This document shows, one piece after another, positions 1 through 10,958 of a DNA stretch of 64,000 bases. The DNA comes from an uncultured bacterium (GTDB lineage Bacteria; Babelota; Babeliae; Babelales; JACPOV01), in the NCBI GenBank assembly GCA_963744715.1, contig CAVUUR010000006.1:96001-160000 (forward strand), in the 5' to 3' direction. The notes beneath the pieces were generated by a model. It searched no databases. It saw only the letters and a program-made list of their open reading frames with translations, and was not told the origin of the DNA. Positions within the stretch are counted from its first letter, which is position 1; each line of letters begins with the position of its first letter. The position numbers and the translations under genes were made by a program.

Positions 1-1276
1 ATGAAAGAAGTTCATAAGAAATAGTTCCTTGCAACATTGGCATTATTTCACTGAGTTTTTGTTCCAATTTTATCAATAACGTAAAATGTCGCTTATTAAG
101 TAAAAATGGAGAAGTTAATGCAGTACATAAAACTGAAATTTTATCCTCAATAACACCAATCAAAAGTTCTATACTCTGTTTATCATGACAAGAAACATAC
201 ACGATTGAATCGGTTGCAAAATAAGGATTCTGTGAATATGCAGGCAAATCTGATTTGTTAGCAACCACAATAGTTTTTTGAGCGTATTGCTCAAGTAATT
301 TTAGATATAGAGCACGTTCATGGTCATGCATAGCGCGAGCATTATCATATACTAATATCATAATATCGGCTAACTGGGCTTCTTGTTCTGAACGCTGTAT
401 TCCTTCTTTTTCGATAACGTCATCAGTTTCTCGCAAACCGGCGGTATCAATGAGCGTCCAATATAACCCATTTCTATACAAACCAGCTTCAATTGAATCA
501 CGTGTTGTGCCAGCAATAGCCGTAACAATAGAACGTTTTTGATTAAGTAATGCATTAAAAAGAGATGATTTTCCAGCATTCACTGAGCCAAGTAATGCAA
601 TACGAACTCCTTGCCGGACTTGTTTTTGTTGATCAAATGTTTTTTTAAGCATAACAATTTTTTCTAAAACATTCGTAATATGTTCACGAATAGTAGTGCC
701 AAACTCCATTGCCTCATCAATAAATTCAAAACTTGCTTCTGACAATGCCAAACACGTAATTAACGTCTTCTCCAATTGCACAACCCATTGAGAAAAACTA
801 CCATTCATTTGCGATAATGATTGTTTTAAGGAAACCTGATGCGATGCATGGATAAATTCATTAATTGCTTCCGCTTGCATTAAATCAATTTTGTTATTCA
901 AAAATGCTCGCTTGCTAAATTCACCGTTGTGCGCAATTCGCGCACCACACGCTACAGCACGCTGAATAATTTGTTCTATAACGAATGGATTATTATGGCA
1001 GGTAATTTCTACCGTATCTTGTCCGGTAAAAGTTTTTGGTGCATGCATTACCAGAAACATAACCTGATCAATAGACACTCCACGTTCATCAATTACTGAT
1101 CCAACATGAATGGTATGCGTTTTTTGCTCAGACAGTTTTTGTTGATTGCGCAATATGCTTAATGACGTTGCAACCTGTAAAGCAGTTACTCCCGATAATC
1201 TTAATAAAGCTATTGCACCACTTCCTTGCGGTGTACATTGGGCAATAATCGGTTCTTCGTCGCGACTAAGAATCAT
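1..1276 (-). CDS. mnmE: tRNA modification GTPase MnmE (3' end runs off the window)
   Basis: Manual translation from ATG at 1276 gives MILSRDEEPIIAQCTPQGSGAIALLRLSG. G1 motif GSVNAGKSS (~601) and DTAGLR (~448) are in the same frame. Not in the ORF track because it is truncated. Confidence 0.95.
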   Translation of the reverse strand, partial: MILSRDEEPIIAQCTPQGSGAIALLRLSGVTALQVATSLSILRNQQKLSEQKTHTIHVGSVIDERGVSIDQVMFLVMHAPKTFTGQDTVEITCHNNPFVIEQIIQRAVACGARIAHNGEFSKRAFLNNKIDLMQAEAINEFIHASHQVSLKQSLSQMNGSFSQWVVQLEKTLITCLALSEASFEFIDEAMEFGTTIREHITNVLEKIVMLKKTFDQQKQVRQGVRIALLGSVNAGKSSLFNALLNQKRSIVTAIAGTTRDSIEAGLYRNGLYWTLIDTAGLRETDDVIEKEGIQRSEQEAQLADIMILVYDNARAMHDHERALYLKLLEQYAQKTIVVANKSDLPAYSQNPYFATDSIVYVSCHDKQSIELLIGVIEDKISVLCTALTSPFLLNKRHFTLLIKLEQKLSEIMPMLQGTISYELLS

Positions 1277-1286
1277 AATCCTCTAA

Positions 1287-1844
1287 TTAAGAAATTTTAA
1301 ATCCACGTAATGGACGTTTGAAAGTACGTTTTAATGATTGAAGCATCAAAAATGAAAAATTTTTAAATAACTGTTTTTCAAGTTCGCGATCGTTGACCAA
1401 AGAACCATTGAACGTAAGCGTAAGGGTATACTGATCAGCAGAAGGAACAAAGGTCATGGTAGATAAATTCATTGCTGATAAAGCGCCCTTCATCCATTGG
1501 CAGGCTTTATCAACCATTTCAGGAGCCCATACCAAACCTTGCGTAAATTCTTCTCTTTTCACTACATTTTTATTTTGTTCATATTTTTTTGGTTGATGAA
1601 CGGGTTGCTGTTGCTTTTTTGGCATTATTCTTTCTTTAGGGCGATAATGTTCGCTCGGTTCATGAGAAACATGCTGCTCATTGAAAAAAATACCAATTTT
1701 CGCTGATTGAACTACCATACCAATAAAATTTCTTTTTGGTTCTTCAAAAACTTTCACGGAAAATTCTTTAGGTTTCCCTGCACTAATCCAGGCCTTTTCT
1801 ATAGCCTTTGTTATTGATGATGCTTCCTGCATTATTGATTTCAT
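1287..1844 (-). CDS. Jag/EloR(KhpB) N-terminal domain protein
   Basis: Jag_N-like start (ASSITKAIEKAW...VKVFEEPKRNFIG); lies directly upstream of mnmE, the usual jag position; no R3H domain visible. Confidence 0.75.
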   Translation of the reverse strand: MKSIMQEASSITKAIEKAWISAGKPKEFSVKVFEEPKRNFIGMVVQSAKIGIFFNEQHVSHEPSEHYRPKERIMPKKQQQPVHQPKKYEQNKNVVKREEFTQGLVWAPEMVDKACQWMKGALSAMNLSTMTFVPSADQYTLTLTFNGSLVNDRELEKQLFKNFSFLMLQSLKRTFKRPLRGFKIS

Positions 1845-2005
1845 CGATTAAACCTTCTGGTGAAAAAATATCATAGTCCTATTTTTAGAATAATAAACAC
1901 CGCATATATCAAAATTTTGTTACTATTTTTCTAAAATGTACAATAAACTGCGGTTACAAAAATGTATCATGAGACTACGTTACAATGATAGCTACCGTAT
2001 AATAT

Positions 2006-2080
2006 TGGAGCGGGAAACGGGATTCGAACCCGCGACCTTTGCCTTGGCAAGGCAACGCTCTACCGCTAAGCTATTCCCGC
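2006..2080 (-). tRNA. tRNA-Gly(GCC)
   Basis: Reverse complement GCGGGAATAGCTTAGCGGTAGAGCGTTGCCTTGCCAAGGCAAAGGTCGCGGGTTCGAATCCCGTTTCCCGCTCCA; cloverleaf with encoded CCA. Confidence 0.97.
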
Positions 2081-2231
2081 TTATACAGCAAAGAAAAATC
2101 TATCATAAGGAGAATAATTGTCAATAACCATCAGCGTATATACCTATCAAGAATTATCGTTATTGTAGCAAAAATATAACGCAAAATTTAAAATTTGATT
2201 CAGTTTCGCAATAAAATAGGTCTTTTAGCCT

Positions 2232-3080
2232 TTACCAATTGGTGATCAGGCTCAATATACCCCTATCCTTTTTAGGCATGGTCGCACTGTGCTCAGTATC
2301 GTTAACAATAATAGTAGAAGGCGCATTAACTGCAATATTAGTGGTATCAGAATAGGTGGTTAATGTGGTAAAGGTGCTTTGGAATCCATCTGTAACCAGT
2401 GTGGCCAACGCATCAAGGGCATTATTGTTGGTTATTATTTGATCAGCTAATTGAGCGCAACAGGCAATTACGCTCTCTTTTAAAGCATCTATCATTGCTC
2501 GCGTTTCGCTACACTCACCTTGAATACGTAACAATTGCCGAATAATATTTTCATTAGAACCTAATTCGAGTGGGTTGCCCAAGGTACCCAATATCGTGAG
2601 CGCAGATGGATCTTGAAAAACATTACCTATGCGATTACGAATAATGCTTAACAAACGTAAAACTTCGGTAAGGTCAACGCTATCGTTATTGGTTGCCGGC
2701 GCGGACCAAAACCAACGATGCGAACTTGTCGTGTAACTCAATAATATGGGCATGGCCTTAATTAATTCATCTAGATGTAGATTGGTATAACCATGCTCTA
2801 AGCGTTCCATGCACGCAAAAATACTATTAAGTGATTCATTGTCATCGGGCTGCGCTGATTGGTGTATGACAATTTCTTGCAATAATGGTAAAAGACTTAT
2901 TGGTTGAACAACAATATGTTCACGTTTGCATCCATCCACGCACATCGCTTGTGTATTTTCCGAACAATCTTGAGCAATGGCATAATTCATATGACTAGCA
3001 ACGAGCATACCCATTACCACTAATTGCAAGTAAATAGTACGTTTTTTCATTATTACTCTCCTTATTACAAACAGCTTCAT
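2232..3080 (-). CDS. hypothetical exported protein
   Basis: 282-aa ORF with signal-peptide-like N-terminus (probable start MKKRTIYL) and helical C-terminal part. Confidence 0.65.
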   Translation of the reverse strand: MKLFVIRRVIMKKRTIYLQLVVMGMLVASHMNYAIAQDCSENTQAMCVDGCKREHIVVQPISLLPLLQEIVIHQSAQPDDNESLNSIFACMERLEHGYTNLHLDELIKAMPILLSYTTSSHRWFWSAPATNNDSVDLTEVLRLLSIIRNRIGNVFQDPSALTILGTLGNPLELGSNENIIRQLLRIQGECSETRAMIDALKESVIACCAQLADQIITNNNALDALATLVTDGFQSTFTTLTTYSDTTNIAVNAPSTIIVNDTEHSATMPKKDRGILSLITNW

Positions 3081-3262
3081 ATAATTCTCTGTTCAAAAAA
3101 ATACTATAAAAAATTAGAAATAATCAAGGTGTTTTTAGTAAAAAAAATAAATATTCTAGTGTAAAATTTTATTTGAATAAATATCAGAATATAGTTTTTT
3201 ATGTTATGCTGCTAAAATAAATCATTTTTTGCTGAAACATCTTAATTTTATAATGAACATGC

Positions 3263-3997
3263 ATGGTTATTCATACAGAACAGTTATTAACAATAGCATT
3301 TGGTGATGCCCGTACTGCATTTAACCCCCGCGATTATCGGGCAGTTAGTATGGATTTTTTGTTAGATGATATTAATAAAAAATCCAGCTTAGATACCTTT
3401 ATGCCTTTAAAAAAACTTGTTTTTTTGCATCAAATTCACAGTGCTGATGGTTTTTGTATTACTTCCCAAGATCAAGCTGAAACTATGCAACCGTTTGTTT
3501 ACGAAGGTGATTTTTTAATAACTAACGTTGCACATATTGGCCTGGCAATTGTGACCGCTGATTGTCTTCCCATAATATTATACGATAAACGAAATCATAT
3601 TGTTGCATTAATTCATGCTGGATGGCGAGGATCAATTAAAGGAATTGCTTATAAAGCTTTACAACGCATGCAAACGATATTTGGTACTCAGCCCGAATCT
3701 GTACGCACTTTTTTTGGACCTTCTGCCAAAGTATGTTGTTATCAGGTGGGAGTTGATGTGCAAGAAGCACTTGATGCTTTTTCCTGTAAAGATACGGTAC
3801 TTGTTTCTCATAAAGGCACTGATTATTTTGATCTTCCCTTATTCAATAAATTACAATTAGAAGCTAAAGGAATTATCAAGCAGACGGCGGTTATGGCATA
3901 CAATGTGTGTACCATTGAAAATAATTTATTTTGCTCGTACCGACGACAAAAAGACTCTTCCGGAAATCGACAAATAACTATTGTTGCGTTAAAGTAA
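3263..3997 (+). CDS. pgeF: YfiH/PgeF family purine nucleoside phosphorylase (laccase-domain protein)
   Basis: Motifs HQIHS, TADCLP, HAGWRG, GPSA..CCYQV and SYRR. Confidence 0.92.
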   Translation: MVIHTEQLLTIAFGDARTAFNPRDYRAVSMDFLLDDINKKSSLDTFMPLKKLVFLHQIHSADGFCITSQDQAETMQPFVYEGDFLITNVAHIGLAIVTADCLPIILYDKRNHIVALIHAGWRGSIKGIAYKALQRMQTIFGTQPESVRTFFGPSAKVCCYQVGVDVQEALDAFSCKDTVLVSHKGTDYFDLPLFNKLQLEAKGIIKQTAVMAYNVCTIENNLFCSYRRQKDSSGNRQITIVALK

Positions 3998-4137
3998 TTA
4001 TCCTTGTGTTGAGCAGTCTCATTATCTATGCTAAAGTGATGGTATATAAATAGAAATCAATATATTATGACAATTTTATTGCCAAGAGTTTGTTTGCAAT
4101 AAAATAATAAGCGCTTATTCAAGTATATAGGATCGTT

Positions 4138-6687
4138 ATGATAGCACGCATATTATCAATCATATTAGGAACTAATAATGCTCGTCAGTTGAGACGATTG
4201 GATGGCCTGGTTGCCAAAATTAATAGTTTAGAACCAATCATGAATGAACTAACTGATGAGCAGTTAACCGCAAAAACAACCACCTTTCGTGAGCAATTAA
4301 GCCAAGGAATGACGCTCGATGAAATTCTGCCCGAAGCATTCGCCGTAGTGCGAGAAACAGCAAAAAGAGTTTTGGGGCAACGCCATTTTGACGTACAGCT
4401 GATCGGTGGTATCGTTCTGCATCAAGGAAAAATTGCAGAAATGAAAACCGGTGAAGGAAAAACCTTAACCTCCACATTGGCACTCTATTTAAATGCTCTT
4501 GAAGGGAAAGGCGCCCATCTTGTAACGGTTAATGATTATTTAGCACGCCGTGATGCGGCATGGATGGGGCCAATATTTGAACGCCTTGGATTAACGGTAG
4601 GTGTTATTCAAAACTCAATGGATGATCATGACCGTAAAAAAGCGTATGCATGCGATATTATTTATGCTACCAATAATGAACTAGGTTTTGATTATCTGCG
4701 CGATAACATGAAATTTAGGTTAGAAGATTATGTACAACGTCCATTACATTATGCGATTGTTGATGAGGTTGACTCAATTTTAATTGATGAAGCGCGAACA
4801 CCGCTTATTATTTCTGGTTCGGCAGATCGTTCTAGTAATTTATATAGTGAAGTTAATCGCATTATTCCTCGCCTTACTAAAGGCCAAGATTTTGAAGTTG
4901 ATGAAAAAGCACGCTCAGTGCAATTAACTGAATCAGGTATTGATAAAGTTGAAGCAGCGCTCAATATTGAAAATCTTTATGATATTAAACAGCTCAATCT
5001 TTTGCATCATGTTACACAAGCTTTGCGCGCGTATACCCTGTTTAAACGCGACGTTGATTATGTAGTAAAAGATGATCAACTATTAATTGTTGATGAATTT
5101 ACAGGTCGCATTTTGCCCGGTCGCCGCTACAGCGATGGTTTGCATCAAGCCTTAGAAGCAAAAGAAGGTGTAAAAATTGAACGTGAAAGTCAGACCCTTG
5201 CTTCTATTACGTTGCAAAATTATTTTAGATTATATAAAAAATTGGCTGGCATGACCGGTACGGCAATAACCGAGGCAGAAGAATTCCACAAAATTTATGG
5301 ACTCGATGTTATTACTATACCAACTAATAAATCAATGATCAGAGATGACAAACCTGATCTTATTTTCTTAACTAAAAATGCAAAATACAAAGCCATCGTA
5401 CAAGATGTAAAAGAGCGTTACAAAAAAAATCAACCGGTATTGATTGGTACTATCGCAATCGAAACATCAGAGTTATTGAGCGATATATTACTCAGCAATG
5501 GCGTTCCGCATGAAGTTCTTAATGCAAAACAACATCAACGCGAAGCAGAAATCGTTGCACATGCAGGTGAGCCGGGCCACGTAACTATTGCAACCAATAT
5601 GGCTGGCCGAGGAACTGATATTAAATTAACGAGCCAATCAGTACAGGCTGGGGGGTTATATATTCTGGGTACTGAACGGCACGAAAGTCGTCGCATCGAC
5701 AACCAATTGCGTGGGCGCTCTGGTCGGCAAGGTGATCCTGGTGAATCGCGTTTCTACATCTCGTTGGAAGATGATCTTATTCGCATTTTCGCTGGCGACA
5801 GTATTAAGAAAAATATGCAACGCGTGGGCATGACTGAAGACGAACAAATTGAATCACGATTTATTTCAAAAACTATCGAACGCTCACAAGAACGTGTGGA
5901 AAAACATAATTTTGAGTTACGAAAACATTTACTTGAATATGATGATGTAGTAAATCAACAACGCATTGTTATTTATCGCTATCGCCGTTCAATATTGGAA
6001 GGTTCTGATGAAATTTTTGGCTTAGTGCGAGATATGCTTGTAGTAACCGCAGAAGATCTCATGGGAGAATTTTTTATCAAACGGTCAGTAACGCAAGAAG
6101 GTTTTGATCACGTATTGCACGCATTACATACCTTGACCGGTATTGAGCAAACAAAACTTGAGCAAAAAGGATTTACTAAGAAAAACGTTGATGCATTAGA
6201 AAAAGAGATCATTGATTTCTTACTACTTACGTATGATTTGTATCGCAATCAAAAGCAACATAATGAAACACTTCGTCAGGCAGAAAAATGGCTCATGCTT
6301 GAAACTATCGATCAAGGCTGGAAGCAACATATGTTAAATCTTGATCATTTAAAAGAGGGCATAGGTTTACGCGGTTGGGGACAAAAAAATCCTCTTATCG
6401 AATACAAGCGCGAAGCATTTGATATGTTCCAAGAAATGATGAAACAAGTTAGATTTGATATTACGCATCATATTTTTCATCTCAATGTAGAACATTTTAA
6501 TCAACAAGAGTTAGAACAAAAACGTGAGCGCGAATTGGCGCACCTTAATTTGATTGGTACACCCGATACAGCTGATCAAACAACTACTTCATCAAAAACC
6601 GCTTCTCGATCAGCAGATGTTGTCGGCAGAAACGATCCTTGCACCTGCGGATCAGGCAAAAAATATAAAAAGTGTTGTATGAAATAA
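4138..6687 (+). CDS. secA: preprotein translocase subunit SecA
   Basis: MKTGEGKT, DEVDSILIDEARTPLIISG, QLRGRSGRQGDPG and C-terminal SEC-C motif GRNDPCTCGSGKKYKKCC. Confidence 0.99.
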   Translation: MIARILSIILGTNNARQLRRLDGLVAKINSLEPIMNELTDEQLTAKTTTFREQLSQGMTLDEILPEAFAVVRETAKRVLGQRHFDVQLIGGIVLHQGKIAEMKTGEGKTLTSTLALYLNALEGKGAHLVTVNDYLARRDAAWMGPIFERLGLTVGVIQNSMDDHDRKKAYACDIIYATNNELGFDYLRDNMKFRLEDYVQRPLHYAIVDEVDSILIDEARTPLIISGSADRSSNLYSEVNRIIPRLTKGQDFEVDEKARSVQLTESGIDKVEAALNIENLYDIKQLNLLHHVTQALRAYTLFKRDVDYVVKDDQLLIVDEFTGRILPGRRYSDGLHQALEAKEGVKIERESQTLASITLQNYFRLYKKLAGMTGTAITEAEEFHKIYGLDVITIPTNKSMIRDDKPDLIFLTKNAKYKAIVQDVKERYKKNQPVLIGTIAIETSELLSDILLSNGVPHEVLNAKQHQREAEIVAHAGEPGHVTIATNMAGRGTDIKLTSQSVQAGGLYILGTERHESRRIDNQLRGRSGRQGDPGESRFYISLEDDLIRIFAGDSIKKNMQRVGMTEDEQIESRFISKTIERSQERVEKHNFELRKHLLEYDDVVNQQRIVIYRYRRSILEGSDEIFGLVRDMLVVTAEDLMGEFFIKRSVTQEGFDHVLHALHTLTGIEQTKLEQKGFTKKNVDALEKEIIDFLLLTYDLYRNQKQHNETLRQAEKWLMLETIDQGWKQHMLNLDHLKEGIGLRGWGQKNPLIEYKREAFDMFQEMMKQVRFDITHHIFHLNVEHFNQQELEQKRERELAHLNLIGTPDTADQTTTSSKTASRSADVVGRNDPCTCGSGKKYKKCCMK

Positions 6688-6706
6688 GAAATAAACACTT
6701 TAATAA

Positions 6707-6931
6707 TTATCGGCAATAGTTACACTGACCATGACCATGTTCTTCATGCTCCTCGTGATCATTGTCATGTCCTTCATGTTCATGCTCTTCTAATTCAAGA
6801 TTTGCATGGCATTTGAGTAATTTTTCTATGCGACAAAGTTTTTTATTAATACACCCTAAGGCCATCTCTAATTGAAGATGCTCAATATGGGAATGTAACC
6901 CTGCAAATCCCTCATTTTTTTTGCAACACAT
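6707..6931 (-). CDS. small His/Glu/Cys-rich protein, putative metal-binding
   Basis: AGGAG RBS upstream; begins MCCKK; tail HEHEGHDNDHEEHEEHGHGQCNYCR. Confidence 0.65.
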   Translation of the reverse strand: MCCKKNEGFAGLHSHIEHLQLEMALGCINKKLCRIEKLLKCHANLELEEHEHEGHDNDHEEHEEHGHGQCNYCR

Positions 6932-7086
6932 AATAACTCCTTAATTTTTAAGTATTTTTAATCACAAAACAGCATTATTCACTATACTTAGTATTTATAA
7001 TACTCTATAGCACTCTGTAATTTCAATATTTTTTTACAATTGAAAAATAATAGGCAAAATAGTTGAATAATTCAAGATAATTTTTT

Positions 7087-8088
7087 TTATAGATAATGCT
7101 CAAGATCTCTGCGATGATACCATAAATTTTCATAGCAATAGGCGGATTTGATCATATATTCTAAGGTTGAATAGCGCGGTTTCCATCGTAAAATTGCCTG
7201 CGCTTTGCTCGAATCAGCAATCAGTATAGCCGGATCACCCGCTCTTGCCTTACTTATTACTGTTTTTATAGGAACGTTACACAATTGTTCAACGGTTTTA
7301 ATCATTTCCCGCACCGAAAACCCATGGCCGGTTCCTAAATTGAAATGATCGGAAGGATATCCCTGCTTAAGATGCTCTAACGCTTTTACATGCGCATCGG
7401 CAATATCAAGTACATGTACATAATCACGCACCGCCGTGCCATCTTTGGTTGGATAATCATTACCATACATAACGAACGGTGTGTGATCTCGCATTGCGCG
7501 TAACAACAAAGGAATAATATGGGTTTCCGGTTTATGTTGCTCACCTAAATGCTCTGAAGGTAATGCTCCCGCTGCATTAAAGTATCGTAATGATACTGAG
7601 CGTAATCCGTAGGCATTGTAACAATCCCGCAATACCGACTCTATAACAGATTTACTGGTTCCGTAAGGATTAATGGGTTTACAAGGATGCTCCTCAAGTA
7701 TCGGCATCTGCTCAGGAACACCGTACACCGCACAACTTGAAGAAAAAATAAAAGTAGTAATCTCATGTTCAAGCATTGTTTCTAATAATACCAACGTTTT
7801 ACTGACATTATTATCATAAAATAACAATGGCGTTTTTACTGATTGACCTACTTCTATTGATCCTGCAAAATGCATAACGGCTTTAATCTGATACGTAGTA
7901 AAAATAGTAGCCAAAAGATTTTTGTCGGCAATATCTCCTTTAATAACCGTTGCCCATGGAGGATTAAAATACTGATGGTGAACAAATGAATCAAGCACAA
8001 TGACGCGATACTGGTGTTGCGCTAACAAGAATGCGGAATGTGATCCGATATACCCTGCTCCACCGGTAACAAGAATTGCTTCTGACAT
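7087..8088 (-). CDS. galE: UDP-glucose 4-epimerase
   Basis: TGGAGYIGSH, YGTSK, LRYFNAAGA, DGTAVRDYVHV. Confidence 0.96.
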   Translation of the reverse strand: MSEAILVTGGAGYIGSHSAFLLAQHQYRVIVLDSFVHHQYFNPPWATVIKGDIADKNLLATIFTTYQIKAVMHFAGSIEVGQSVKTPLLFYDNNVSKTLVLLETMLEHEITTFIFSSSCAVYGVPEQMPILEEHPCKPINPYGTSKSVIESVLRDCYNAYGLRSVSLRYFNAAGALPSEHLGEQHKPETHIIPLLLRAMRDHTPFVMYGNDYPTKDGTAVRDYVHVLDIADAHVKALEHLKQGYPSDHFNLGTGHGFSVREMIKTVEQLCNVPIKTVISKARAGDPAILIADSSKAQAILRWKPRYSTLEYMIKSAYCYENLWYHRRDLEHYL

Positions 8089-8168
8089 AATAAACTCCTT
8101 TGTATGCCATCAGCATATACCGTTATCATAAGCAGAGCAATATCTTGGAAATCAAATGTTACTTACTC

Positions 8169-8201
8169 AAAAAAAATGAGGGGTTCATGTGAACCCCTCA
8201 T
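8169..8201 (-). terminator. Rho-independent terminator
   Basis: ATGAGGGGTTC/GAACCCCTCAT stem followed by a T run on the minus strand, just after the 8219-9130 gene. Confidence 0.85.
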
Positions 8202-8218
8202 AATTAATAATGTAAGTT

Positions 8219-9130
8219 TTATTTAACGTTGACTGCTATGTGCTCACCAAGCGACTTCCATTGAGAAAAATTAGTGAAACCCCACGTTGCGGCCAATTCA
8301 TTCGCTTCAGCTGCAGAAATCATAGAACCTTCTATGCTCTTAGCAACCTCAGAAAATTGTTTAGCTGCAGCATTATTTAACTGCTTAATATTATTAATAT
8401 CTGGTTTAACAACTGGTGGTTTTGGCGCTGGACCCTTGGCTAATGCCTTAGCTGTTGCATATAAACCATCAAATTGGTGAATATTTCCTTTATATCCTTT
8501 GTCCAATAAATCTTCCAACTGCTCATACTTACTAATAATATCATTAATAGTATTCATAGGAGTTGTAGTGTTTATCGCCATCTGCGCTAGCTTTGTTAAA
8601 CCCTTATACATCTGAGTGTCCTCAATCTTCCCACGAGCAGGGGGTGGCGGCGGCACGTTGCCTTTCCCTTGTTTTAATCCTTTGGCATCGTTGTAGATAG
8701 CCGTAATCTCGTTTGGTATTGCAGTATATTGGCCTGATTGTTCAGCAGGTAACAAATGGTTCTCATAGGTGTTTATTATATCATCCCACTGATCAGCATG
8801 TGCAGCCAGATCATAACCCTTGAAGGACTCTAAATAATCATATCCTGGTACAGATTCAATAGCTGCTTTATGCCCCACGGGTGGTTTAACCGGAATAGGA
8901 CCTACCGGTACTGGTTGAGTGACTGGTCTATAATCATTAAAAGTAGCATATCCATATTGTTTAGCCCATGCTCGTTCAGCTTTAATTCTTGTTGCTTTCG
9001 GCCCACCGGATGCTTGAGACATCTTGCTTATATTAAGCCATTCCTGATCCCTAGCACTGTACTGCGCCTCTATTAATCCAGCACTAAGCAAAATGCTTAA
9101 CGCTGCTATGATTTTAACTATTTGTTTCAT
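8219..9130 (-). CDS. secreted Pro-rich protein with an internal duplicated domain
   Basis: Signal peptide (..LIEA); Pro-rich linkers PVPVGPIPVKPP, PPPPP and PAPKPP. Confidence 0.75.
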   Translation of the reverse strand: MKQIVKIIAALSILLSAGLIEAQYSARDQEWLNISKMSQASGGPKATRIKAERAWAKQYGYATFNDYRPVTQPVPVGPIPVKPPVGHKAAIESVPGYDYLESFKGYDLAAHADQWDDIINTYENHLLPAEQSGQYTAIPNEITAIYNDAKGLKQGKGNVPPPPPARGKIEDTQMYKGLTKLAQMAINTTTPMNTINDIISKYEQLEDLLDKGYKGNIHQFDGLYATAKALAKGPAPKPPVVKPDINNIKQLNNAAAKQFSEVAKSIEGSMISAAEANELAATWGFTNFSQWKSLGEHIAVNVK

Positions 9131-9148
9131 ACAATTCTTCTCCCGTTA

Positions 9149-10633
9149 CTAGAATGAAACGCCAATTTTACCCCAGATATTCCAACGTTCAAGTGAGGTG
9201 TTCAATGAATCAAATTCATAAGAACCGCCTAAGCCAACAAATAGTGGCCAGCACATATCTTCCCAACGATATCCCATGGAACCATAAATAATATGAGAAA
9301 TCGTAGCTGGATGAGCTGCTGAATCAAGGTCAAGATCTTCTGCGCGTATTGCAGTTGCCGTTGTATAAGCAGTGCCTGCACCCGCATTATCATTACCAAT
9401 ATTGCTGAGGCGATTAATATCTACACCATCAGTTGATAAATCAAGAACGGCAGGACCTGGAACAAATGGTCTCTTGAGGGTAACTTTTTCACCTTGACGT
9501 GCCCAGAAGTTATAACCAAGTTCCCCTTGGAATCCACAGCTTTCATATACCAACGCTGCATTAAAGTCTCTGGTAAAACGCGGTTTAACGTTTACTTTTT
9601 GCGTTAAAAGATTGATAAGCTGTGTTGCAAAGGCTATTCCTTCAGCTGCATTAGTTGCATTAGCATAGGCCAAGCAATAACGAGACCATGGACGATATCG
9701 TAAGTCAAAGGAACGAACTTGAGTGTTGCGGAAGAGATAACGACTATTGGTTTCAAATTCTAAATTAATACTTCTGTCACCGCATTCCCAAATTTGTAAT
9801 CCAAATGAACCGCCAAACATAACACCTACGTGATGGTTATTACCAACCATTGGTTCAAACACGTATATACCTCTTGGCTTATTACCAGTAGGAATTACAA
9901 CACCAATATAACCATCGGCATGATAGCATTCTTCATTGGCATAATCATAACCCAATTTAATTTCAATATCAGCTACACCGGTTCTGTGTTTTGCACCATC
10001 AATTCTACCAAATTGAAGGCGATTTATATTTGAGAATGATTGGGTGACGCTCACCGCATTAAAAGGAGCAGCTCCTGGAAGACCCGTTGTTGTTAATCCT
10101 GATTCTGTAATACGCATATCATTACGTACATGCACAATCGGGAATGAAATCTCAAACCACCATTGCTTTTCACAACCGCAATGACCTATATATTGTTTAT
10201 AATCAAACCCAAAACCATACACGGTTTCTTGCGGTCTAAAGATTAAGGTACTGGTATAATTACCCAAAACCTCTGGCGAGATGAAATAATTAACACCAAA
10301 ATTAAGCGGGTTAATATCACGCGCTAAATTATTATCACTGAGGTCACCCCCAACCGTACTTTGGACAAAGAGCGCGTCCTTGCCACCATACATGAAGTAA
10401 CGTGCTAATTTTTTGGCATTCGTTGATCTTCCGCCAAAGGGTACAAATTGCATGGCACCACCCCAACCATTTTCAGCGGCTAACGGTGCATCACGGAACA
10501 TCGTTACACGTTCTGGCATACCGGATTGAAATTGTGGCCGGATCGAATAAAAAGTATGATCGGTTGCATCATTGGCTAATGCCGTTGAAGCCGCAACAAG
10601 CAAAAGTACCGGTATAATTAAATTTTTTCTCAT
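9149..10633 (-). CDS. putative outer-membrane beta-barrel protein
   Basis: Signal peptide, alternating amphipathic strands, terminal WGKIGVSF (BAM-type beta signal). Confidence 0.75.
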   Translation of the reverse strand: MRKNLIIPVLLLVAASTALANDATDHTFYSIRPQFQSGMPERVTMFRDAPLAAENGWGGAMQFVPFGGRSTNAKKLARYFMYGGKDALFVQSTVGGDLSDNNLARDINPLNFGVNYFISPEVLGNYTSTLIFRPQETVYGFGFDYKQYIGHCGCEKQWWFEISFPIVHVRNDMRITESGLTTTGLPGAAPFNAVSVTQSFSNINRLQFGRIDGAKHRTGVADIEIKLGYDYANEECYHADGYIGVVIPTGNKPRGIYVFEPMVGNNHHVGVMFGGSFGLQIWECGDRSINLEFETNSRYLFRNTQVRSFDLRYRPWSRYCLAYANATNAAEGIAFATQLINLLTQKVNVKPRFTRDFNAALVYESCGFQGELGYNFWARQGEKVTLKRPFVPGPAVLDLSTDGVDINRLSNIGNDNAGAGTAYTTATAIRAEDLDLDSAAHPATISHIIYGSMGYRWEDMCWPLFVGLGGSYEFDSLNTSLERWNIWGKIGVSF

Positions 10634-10958
10634 TAGGAACTCCTTTTTTGAGACTATTAAACATCTTCTATTTTCATCGCGCTTAGTTGAGTTCTAACAA
10701 TTTTGGAATTACATAGTCAATGTTTTTTTTAAATTTTTTCTCCTTTAATAATTTCGAATGATTCATGTAATTTAAAATATCTCATTGCATATGCATCTCC
10801 TTTATTCTTAATAATGTTTTTTTAGGCTATGGTGTTGTTGTAGCATGCGTGTAGCAAATAAGTCAATTGATTAGGTAAAAATATAATCAACTTTTTCAAT
10901 CGTATTTGATAAACTGATATTTTAGATGTTTTTTATATGAGCGACACAAAGGTTTTTT

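Noticed and set aside
370..579. 69-aa ORF in the ORF track
   Set aside because: Out-of-frame shadow inside mnmE
1936..2127. 63-aa ORF
   Set aside because: Antisense to tRNA-Gly
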